From the NCBI GenBank assembly GCA_010093745.1, contig MU005958.1:62001-126000 (forward strand): 64,000 nt of DNA, read 5' to 3'. Made by a program: the position numbers and the translations under genes. Positions 55,401-64,000 of this stretch are shown here, one piece after another. The notes beneath the pieces were generated by a model that worked only from the letters and a program-made list of their open reading frames with translations, had not been told where the DNA came from and ran no database searches. Origin of the DNA: Piedraia hortae CBS 480.64. Taxonomy: Eukaryota. Each line of letters begins with the position of its first letter. The stretch's first letter is position 1.

Positions 55401-56539
55401 TTCTCCCTTCCGGGAGAAGTTGCCAGCTTCCTACAACGCTGTCAAATCAAGAAGTCGTTTTTCCTCTAGCGAACGGCAGCATGGAAGACAAGAAAATCGA
55501 GGAAGGCCACCAAGTCCTCCAAACCTAGCGATAGTGGCAGTAACGGTGTCGTCGGCCTCAGTACTGGCATCTCCGCTGTGTCGGTTCATGCGATGATATT
55601 TACTTACCGCCTGCACGATCACCGGAAGTTTTGCAAATGCCTGATCTGTCGACCTACACTGACCACGGAGCAGCATCAGTTGTGATGAAACGACCAGAGC
55701 TGAATCAGATACAGAATGGGAGCAGGAGAAGTCTACAAATCATCATCCAGACACACTGCACGATGCATCCAGCCAAGCCTTGACAATGAGTGGGCTGGGA
55801 AGCCGTAACACGGTCGCTCAGCAACGCCGGCGTTATCAAATCCTTTCTGAGCATCCTTCTGCTCTGCTTTCTCTCGTGCACCAGGATGAGAGACATGGGG
55901 CCGTTGTGGACGAGATCGCAGTTACGCTGGTCGTCATCACCGCCGCGAGGCAGTTCGGCCAGTTGTCGATGCCCACTGACAACTTCGAAGCGGGTTCAAG
56001 GCCGGCATCAAGGCGGCATTCCCACCTCTCATCAATGGGAACTCTCCTGCTTGGATGCAACTTGCGGCGGCTTAGCTGCCGGCACCAACTTTGGCCCTGG
56101 CCTCGTCAAACCAAGCCTTGTTCCCTTGACAGCAGAGGGCTGCGCCCTCAAGCAATGCTAATAGCACAACCGCGACAACAACGACAACGACAAATCCTGC
56201 CGCCGTCGAGGTGTGACTTTGAGAAGGGGCACCACATTCCGCACTTCTTACCTAACACTACAACAAGCATTTGCTATACCGGCATGACATTATCTCTCTC
56301 CGGAAGGCCGGGCTCTAGACTATATATCTGGATGTCTGGGGTCGACGGCCTCACTTGGACGAGGCTGCCTCTTGTGTGAAAAGGGACAGGCAATGGAGAT
56401 GGGAAAACACGAATAGACGCACGTCTTCTTTCCTTATCCATCGCGTGTCTCTCACACCTCTACGGCTCAAGAACTTCACTGACGAGCGGTCATCAAAGCT
56501 GATATGCCGGGTTTGAACTCAAAATTATCTCAGTGTCGA

Positions 56540-59106
56540 CGCAAAGACGACCGTCGTTGACAAATATCACGATGCTGTAAGATTTAACTGGAACACGACA
56601 GCTTAGCCAAGGTTATCTCATTTGACCAGAAAGCTCTCACCTTTGGTCGATTAAATGGATCTGCATATCTTAACTACATTGCTCCCGTCGGCTAGGCTAC
56701 ACGCAAGGCGGGGCACAATATTGGTCTCGTACTTACCATCTGTCCTGGAGTCACCGCCATCGTAAACCACTCACAGAATGCAACATCCGATGACGAGATG
56801 ATTCTATCTATCATAACCCTCTTGCGCACCCAAAATTTCTCCAAAGAGCTGGATGTCAAGATCAATGGAGCACTGTCCGTGTGTGTCCACAATTAATCGG
56901 CAATATCTCTGTCCAAAAATCACCAAAACCATAAGCGGCCCAAGCATGTCAGTCCGGGGAATCATTTTTACCGGCAACTGTACGAAAGGGGTCTGATTGG
57001 CATCCAATATACCTGTATTGACACTTTCGCCAGTTGGAGATGAACATTTTCAACACAACGATAAAAAATGTATCTATGATCCCACAAATCATCCTGGGGG
57101 ACCTGTCCATTTTAAGGCTGCACTCTTCGTAGCACGAGGAGTGCATTGCTCCACATCATTAGCGACGTCATGCAGTCCTGATGTCACTCCCCAAATATGA
57201 GCTGCAGACACCAAGAAGCAAATAACTTGAGTATTGCTGTAGCGATGTTTCACTCTGGACTTGTGTTTTAAGTGTGGTTCGTTCTCTCTTTCAAGATACG
57301 ACCACTAATCGTCCATTCACGACACTGCACACGCAGTCCTCTCGCTCTCTCCTTCAGTAAACGCTGCGTACGAAGGCACGACCAGCGAATGTCTTGCTCT
57401 GATGGCAGGTTAGTAGGGGGAGCGTTATGGTGGGAGATTGGGTGGGTCGGAACGGTTCGTGTGGTATGTTTCAAAGGTGCCGTGAGTTGGCGATTGGCGG
57501 GTTTTGAGCAGACGCAGTTTTATCGCTCGTTGGCTTTAGCGTTCCTGTTGCCTGGGAGGCAGGGTAGCTGGACTCAAGTGCTTGAAAGTCGCGGATGCAA
57601 GAACTAATCAGAGTGTCTAGCTCCTAGGCCGGCCGTGTTCTAATGTTCAATTCCATTCTCCGCATTCCACTGACTCATTTCAGTGAATCACAACACTGGT
57701 CTCTTTTAACGGGCTCCGGTGCTGTGCATTCAGACGCATAGTGGCCTGGCGCCTGGCAGCGACTGTATATTGCTTCAGCCTTGTTTCTTGTTTTGCGGCC
57801 GTGCTGACTTCGGCAAGCACGGTGGGGTCGTTCGGTGAAGTGGAGTGGGCCGATTTTGTGCCTGGTGTTGCCCTTTGCCTCGAGCGCGCCGTCCCAATGA
57901 TCTTGAACGGAATTAGAGTAGATATCGTAAGATTTTAGCGGGGATATCTGTCTGCGTTTGCTTGACCCACTCGCTGGCTTTTAGTTTGACTTTGTTCAAA
58001 AAGAAACTCACTTCGGACTCGTTTGGTACAGCGATTCCAGCTACCTTCAGTTCTCTCAAGTGTTGTTTCCACCTGGTGACGAATTCTAGATGGTTCTTGC
58101 CCGAGAAAGTGAGTTCATTTAGATACTGGCGTCTGAGACCGCACGTCGCATACCGCGGTTCTTGAAGGTTGCTTCAAGCTCCACTAGTCTAGCCGTGCCA
58201 GCTTTGACACCAGTCATGTGCAAATCCTTTGGTGTTTTGCATGATGGTAGTCACCAGGTACGCTTCATCCTCTTTAGTGAGAGCCTCGCCGGTCTCGTTG
58301 ACTTCCCGCCTTTCTATAGCCTCCAAAGCCACCAAAATACTCTCGTACCAAGAATCCCATTGCGACTTTGCATCTACTCGGAGGATGAATTTAGTCCTCT
58401 TCCACAGAAGAGTCCCGACGCGTTGGCTTTTCTTCTGACGACACTGGCATGGAGGAGTGGTGCTCGCTGCCTGCGCCTCCATTGCAGCAAGCGCCTGCGC
58501 ATCAATGAGCATCCTCTCCGTCCTTGCTGATTTCACCTCTAGGCTCTGAAGTATCCTAATTAACGCATCTTTGTTAGGTGACTTGATTTCTCCTTCATCT
58601 GTGGTAGCTGTCTGGATTCCACAGGCTTTCACCCGAGTCTACGGACGCACTTTTATCCAAGGGCAGTACTCACCCCGGACTTGAGGAACCTTTGAGCGGT
58701 CGTACACTACAGACTTGTTCAGTCTGTTTAGAGATTAGCTACCGGGCTCATAACCTATGGAAGGTAAGAAAACAACGGTTGCATTTCCTCGACCAGCGGT
58801 GAGGCTTTAATGCCTCTACCCCAAGACAAAGGACTGTGCATCTCGCACAGCACCCCTGGCGGAATGTAACTTCGGCCAAAACAAAAACGCACGGGGCGCG
58901 GCAAACACACCACACTCACTCTCCTACAACTTACATTCAAAGACAGGGAAACTTTCTCTTAAGAGGTAAAAAACCACTGAGAAGCCTCGACCGTTATCTA
59001 AGATTCTCTGAAAGTGGGCTTTGGGTGGAAGCAAAAAGGGAGCACTTGATGAAGAGAAAGTGTGTAACCAAGCGTTGATGTCTCGGATGGGAAATGTTGT
59101 GTAACA
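56540..59106 (-). mobile_element. Decayed, internally deleted Ty1/copia LTR retrotransposon
   Basis: PBS GGTTATGAGCCC at 58744-58755 after ...CA-TA; gag-like WDSWYESILVALEA and LEFVTRWKQHLRELKVAG; Zn knuckle (Y)SRCQAPGHYASEC ~57725-57766; integrase-like TDMLGP....GQRYCRLIVD and IISSSDVAFCE; RT-like VVKICRSI* and IVIFVND; gag-IN-RT order; LTR start TGTTAC at 59106 is tentative. Confidence 0.8.
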
Positions 59107-59892
59107 CTACTATGTTGCACAGGAAGATAAGCGTGCATGCTCCCGATCCCTTATGGATCGAGAGGGCCCTCGTTTGAAAAACAGAAGGTAACGATATTAC
59201 TAACACCACTGTCACTCAGCTGCCCTAACAGAAAGCTTTGCATACCAAAAACGGTTCACGTACAGTATTCGAGGATGAACTCTACCTACCCCTTTTGCGA
59301 CATAGTGATTTCTTTCTCAACTCTAACCTTGAGAGGACGAACGTTCCTGCTGCAATAGCTTCGAGGTCAAGGTCATGTTCATTGTTAACGCTCTTAAGAG
59401 AGATGATATTATCGTATAACTGTCTGCGAAATGGCTTCAATGTCTCTTTGCTAATGAGGTCAGGGCTATGTAGCTTCTCCAGATCCAGTTATGAACAATA
59501 TAGGGGCCGTAGTCCTTGCTGATCCAACGTCACTGCACGAAATAGTTGATAGGGTGTTCGTTTCTGACAACAGCCTCACTGATATTTGTCCAGACTGAAG
59601 ACCCGCAAAGTGATGCTGCTCCGTTGTAACTGTTATTTTGTCATGTTCCCTCAGAGACAAAGATAACCAACAAAATGAACAAGTAATGAAGAGTGTTCAT
59701 GGCGGCCAGGCTCAATTCAATAGCTATGCATAGGCAACCGAATCTACTCAGCTTTACAACAGATCACTATGCAACTCCCACGAACAAAACCACTCCAAAC
59801 ATTTCGCCGGGGTTACGTACGTTCCGGAACGGAACGGCCCGCCGGACCTCCGAGCTACAGTCATCGCCACTCTTATCATTAACTTCTCAACA

Positions 59893-61117
59893 ATGGCAGC
59901 ATCCAGGAGTCTAACAATCGCTTTGCGCACTGCTCCCACCCTTCGCATTGCTAGTACCCGCTGCGGATCAGCCCTATGGGTCCTCAACCGCGGCTATACA
60001 ACGGGACAAACCTCCCCTCCACCATCTCAATCGCAATCGCCACCACCACCTCCCCCTCCACCCAGCAGCAGTGGGGGAAACGGCCTACTCTGGGGTGGCG
60101 TAGCCGCTGCTCTCCTCGGCGGGGCGGGGTACTACCTCTACGCCACCAATGACCCCTCCACCAAGACTACGGGGGTCTTCAAGCCGAAATGGGAAGACTA
60201 CCAAAAAGTCTACGACGCGGTTGCGAAGAAGCTGATCGACGATGATCAGTACGACGACGGGTCGTACGGACCCGTGTTGCTCCGCCTCGCGTGGCATGCG
60301 TCGGGGACGTATGATAAGGAAACGGGGACGGGGGGATCGAATGGGGCGACGATGAGGGTGAGCCACCCCCCCAGTGAAGGTTTCCTTACTGACAGGAGTA
60401 ATAGTTTCCCCCCGAAGGCGACCACGGCGCGAACGCAGGTCTAAAAGCCGCGCGCGACTTTTTGGAGCCGCTGAAGAAACAGTTTCCCTGGATTTCGTAC
60501 TCCGATCTCTGGATCCTAGCGGGGATTTGTGCCGTGCAGGAGATGGGAGGTCCGGATATTCCGTTCAGACCTGGGAGGCAGGATAGGGATATCGGGTTCT
60601 GTACCCCCGACGGTCGTCTGCCGGATGCTTCGCGCGATCAGAAGCATTTGAGGGACATTTTTGGGAGGATGTGAGTTTTTTCTTTGGGTTCCCATCTGGG
60701 GGTGGTGTTGACTTTTGTAATAGGGGATTCAACGATCAGGAGATTGTTGCGCTTTCGGGAGCCCATGCGTTGGGACGCTGCCATACTGATCGCTCTGGTT
60801 ATGATGGACCTTGGACCTTCTCGCCGATTACGTTGACGAATGATTATTATAAGCTTTTGCTGGATGAGAAGTGGGACTGGCGCAAATGGAACGGTCCGAA
60901 ACAGTACGAGGATAAGTCGACCAAGTCGCTTATGATGTTGCCGACGGATGTGAGTCTTATCAAGGATAAGTCGTTTAAGTCCACGGTGCAGAGGTATGCA
61001 AAGGACCAGGATGAGTTTTTCAAGGACTTTTCAAATGTTCTTGTTAAGCTTTTTGAGCTTGGCGTGCCGTTTGGTGAAGACCAAACGGAGCGCAAGGTGT
61101 TTAAGAGGATGGAATAG
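59893..61117 (+). CDS. CCP1: Mitochondrial cytochrome c peroxidase
   Basis: Presequence plus [46 protein letters not shown]; introns 60358-60404 and 60672-60723. Confidence 0.96.
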
Positions 61118-61206
61118 AGAGTGTTTTCGGTTTTTGTAATCGTTAGACGGCTGTACAATGTTATGGAGATGCAATTGGTAGATTACTATTCATCAAAGAA
61201 TTCCCA

Positions 61207-62433
61207 TTACTGAACCAAATCCTTGGTATCCGTCCTCGCAAGGCCCTTGTACTGATCATGCCTTACGATGATCCCTGAAGGTAAAGCCTCCCACTTGGGC
61301 CCCTGTGGCTGCTCTCTAGCTTCGTCAGGGTCGGGATGCAGGATATCACCTAGACTCTTTGAACGGATAGGTTCTAACACAGACATGTCTTGTGAGCCGG
61401 GGTGCTGCAAGCCAGCGTCGGATTTCGATCTCTGGGGCTCCAATTCTTCATTTACATTGTTGGTTGAAGGCTTCTTTTTCCAGAGTCCCAGAAAGCCTTT
61501 CTTGCCGCTGCTGTTGCTGCCGCTGGCATGGGAGGACGTTGCCTTCTGTGATTTGCTGCTGCCGCTGCCACCCTTAAAATGCTCCACGTGATAAGCTTGC
61601 AGCTGTTCGGCAGCCGCGTTTACAGCATCGAGGTGCTCGGGATGGTCTACGGCAGCAACTTCCTTGAGCAGCTCCAGTTTCTTCCGGTCGGCGTCCATGC
61701 GATACCAATCTGGAGCGACATGCCAGCCGAGGGCGCGAATGTCCATCCTCGTGGCGCGATCTACGGCCTCCTTAACGCCCATGAGATCCACCAGAGAGTC
61801 CACGGCATCCCGGATGAGGCTGATAAACTTGTCAAACCGGGCCGTATTGGCTATGATCCACGAATTCATCATGAGCGAGTTGTTACGCGGCGGCCCAAGA
61901 TGCGCATATTCTTCAGCCACCTGCTGCAGCAGACCGAAGCGCTCACGAAAGGCTTCGAGCCGGTTAGTGTCCACGGCGGGCTCCCGGAAGATATCGGGTT
62001 TTTTCGGCGCCCGAAGGCCGTACAACGACATCATCTCATTTCGCGTTTGGCCGGACCCTAGGGTGCGATCGAAGATGGAACCCAGCGTGGCTTCAATCTT
62101 CTGCCTCACATCGGGATCATCCAGCCGCGGGTCGCGGCGGACAAAAAAGGTTGGCTCATTGATGTCAGGGTACGTTGCGCTGGGATGACGCGGGACGACG
62201 CGATTGGTGACCGTTGACGGCGGCGATGTGACGCCGACAATGTCGCCCCAGATCAGTAGCCGCGCCTGTTGAAGGCCGAGTTTGACGAGCAGCAACCGCT
62301 CCTCGTGGGCCGACGACCCCGTGTGCACCAGCCCAAAAGCCTCGACGCATTGCGAGAACATGGTGGCCAGGGCGAGGGCGCCAGCCAAAGGCGCCTCATG
62401 AACTTCTACGTGCTGGCTGCCATCCTTATCCAT
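61207..62433 (-). CDS. HeLo (prion-inhibition/propagation) domain protein
   Basis: N-terminal ALATMFSQCVEAFGLV...LVKLGLQQARLLIWGDIVG and WIIAN..RFDKFISLIRDAVDSL, typical of HeLo domains. Confidence 0.75.
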   Translation of the reverse strand: MDKDGSQHVEVHEAPLAGALALATMFSQCVEAFGLVHTGSSAHEERLLLVKLGLQQARLLIWGDIVGVTSPPSTVTNRVVPRHPSATYPDINEPTFFVRRDPRLDDPDVRQKIEATLGSIFDRTLGSGQTRNEMMSLYGLRAPKKPDIFREPAVDTNRLEAFRERFGLLQQVAEEYAHLGPPRNNSLMMNSWIIANTARFDKFISLIRDAVDSLVDLMGVKEAVDRATRMDIRALGWHVAPDWYRMDADRKKLELLKEVAAVDHPEHLDAVNAAAEQLQAYHVEHFKGGSGSSKSQKATSSHASGSNSSGKKGFLGLWKKKPSTNNVNEELEPQRSKSDAGLQHPGSQDMSVLEPIRSKSLGDILHPDPDEAREQPQGPKWEALPSGIIVRHDQYKGLARTDTKDLVQ

Positions 62434-62501
62434 GTTGCGATGAAGCAACCGTCAGCTGGGGTGAGGGGTAGCGCCACCTGCAGCAGCTATTGCTGACCGT
62501 T

Positions 62502-63872
62502 CTATTCATACTCGGCCTTTTCAAACTTCTCGGCGTCGAAGAATGTGGCGCTGACTTCGTTGCCTGCAAACGTCATTCCGCCCGCCGCGCCCGTTGCGTC
62601 CGTCACACAGCGAAGCGCCGACAGCGGAGAAGTAAACTTGACAAAAACGTCGTCGTTGCCGCCCTGTTCCCGCCGCCAAATGAAGACGCGCTCGACCTTG
62701 CCGTACGACGACTCCATTTCCTGCCCAATCTCTCCAAAAAGGTCTTTGTCCTGAATCTCATGATCGAGGTCCATGTCATGGCACATGCCCTGGAGCTTGA
62801 CCACTTCCGACAAGGTGCCGGGACCCGAGTCTTCTTGCGCGCCTTCTACTTTGCGCCGCTTCCCGCCTACGAGTCGGCCCATATTCTTGGGAGCCGCGTA
62901 GCCGCCGCCTTCAGAGCCAGCCAACTTCTTGCGCTTTTCTGCTTTGGCCACTATCGCCGTCGTGATGCCCTCGCCTTGTGCACCCAAGCCTTGCCCCTTC
63001 TCCCACCCATACTTCTTCAGTAGCCGCTCTGCAAACCCTTTTTGGCCCGGGCGGTTGGACTGCGTCGGCTCTACGTTGGTCTCTGGTTGTGCAACGTCGT
63101 AGCAAACCGGTGCTCGCGAGACAGTTGCACTGGGCTGAGCTGGAGCCGGCGCCGCAGCAGACTGTGCAGCCATCTTCGCCTTGAAGGCGGCGACTTTGGC
63201 CAAGGCATCGGCCTTCTTGGTCGCCATGTCCACCGACTCTCCGTTCCCCCTCAGACTTGCTGACTTTGGTGTTTGTGTGACAGTTTCTGCCGGGGCAAAT
63301 GCTATAGGTGGTCTTGACACAGTCTCTACAGGTTTATGAGTTGGAGGCGGAGGCAAATCATCATCTGCGTCATCGACCGCTTGCTGCATCGGAGGGTCAT
63401 CAAAGTTGGGCGGTGCAAAGCTCATTCCGGGCGGTACTTGCACGTCTGAAACCATGTCAGCAACAATTCCACAATCATTATCAATGTACTCACGACTTGT
63501 TGCGGCCTTCTCCTTGGCCTTTACAACGGACTGGTGGTGGTACAACCGTGCCTTCCAGTCCTGAATCTCTCGAAACTGCTCCTCGCTGCCCTTGTACGTC
63601 GCAAAGACAGTTGGCCGTGAAGGATCGTAAATGTCGTCCCAGTCTTCCTCGACCCGTTCCTGCTGTGCCTTTTTCTTCTTCTTCCGCCCTCCTCGCACAT
63701 ACTTGGGCTTCTCGTATTGCACGGGCTCATCATCATCTCCGAGCCAATCTTCAATCTGGTTTTGTCCCTCCGCTGGCGGCGGTGCACCTGCCGAACCGGC
63801 AGCAGGCGATGCAGAGTTCAGATTCGCGTTGGGCGGTTGAGGAACTTTAGGCTTAGCAGACTTGGATTGCAC
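62502..63872 (-). CDS. Splicing factor SPF45/RBM17-like (G-patch + UHM/RRM); 5' end not resolved, may extend beyond the window
   Basis: DWDDIYDPSRP SF45 motif, G-patch FAERLLKKYGWEKGQGLG, RRM VFVKFTS..SALR; in-frame intron 63446-63493. Confidence 0.9.
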   Translation of the reverse strand: MQSKSAKPKVPQPPNANLNSASPAAGSAGAPPPAEGQNQIEDWLGDDDEPVQYEKPKYVRGGRKKKKKAQQERVEEDWDDIYDPSRPTVFATYKGSEEQFREIQDWKARLYHHQSVVKAKEKAATSREYIDNDCGIVADMVSDVQVPPGMSFAPPNFDDPPMQQAVDDADDDLPPPPTHKPVETVSRPPIAFAPAETVTQTPKSASLRGNGESVDMATKKADALAKVAAFKAKMAAQSAAAPAPAQPSATVSRAPVCYDVAQPETNVEPTQSNRPGQKGFAERLLKKYGWEKGQGLGAQGEGITTAIVAKAEKRKKLAGSEGGGYAAPKNMGRLVGGKRRKVEGAQEDSGPGTLSEVVKLQGMCHDMDLDHEIQDKDLFGEIGQEMESSYGKVERVFIWRREQGGNDDVFVKFTSPLSALRCVTDATGAAGGMTFAGNEVSATFFDAEKFEKAEYE

Positions 63873-64000
63873 CTGAGGCCGACGAATTGGTTGGAACTGG
63901 AGCGAGGCTTTGGTGCCGATTTACTAGTGAGCAAAAGCTGTCTTTCTTCCACACGGGAGTTCACGTTACGGTACCGTCTTTCTTCTTCTCCTCAGTCTTG

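Noticed and set aside
56300..56540. 3' LTR of the copia relic
   Set aside because: No convincing match to the putative 5' LTR at 58758-59106.

Overview
Eukaryotic DNA from a filamentous ascomycete with a compact genome: short 43-63 nt GT-AG introns with CTRAC branch points, tiny intergenic gaps and a dispersed 5S rRNA. About 22 conserved housekeeping genes occur in dense blocks (SDR, FATP acyl-CoA synthetase, DES1, PPC decarboxylase, NDC1, CHK1, FlbA/Sst2 RGS, DUF3405-like, Pep12/Vam3, CK1, NUP133, DRE2, shugoshin, DAD2, YPI1, CRM1, GPI Cys-rich protein, mitochondrial carrier, kelch membrane protein, CCP1, HeLo protein, SPF45). Gene-poor islands separate the blocks and hold a 5S rRNA, tRNA-Arg, tRNA-Leu plus a tRNA pseudogene, a nonsense-riddled secreted-protein pseudogene and a decayed Ty1/copia element with an intact half-tRNAiMet PBS. 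The most striking structure is a near-perfect 1.47-kb inverted repeat (10501-11970 / 24811-26280). It is the outer part of two diverged ~3.3-3.6 kb elements that bracket four housekeeping genes. Each arm carries an unannotated spliced 117-aa orphan gene. A third, diverged paralog at ~8.7-9.1 kb keeps the same intron phase, last-exon length and stop position and shows mostly synonymous changes in its core, so the orphan is probably a real protein family. All calls were made by eye, without database searches.
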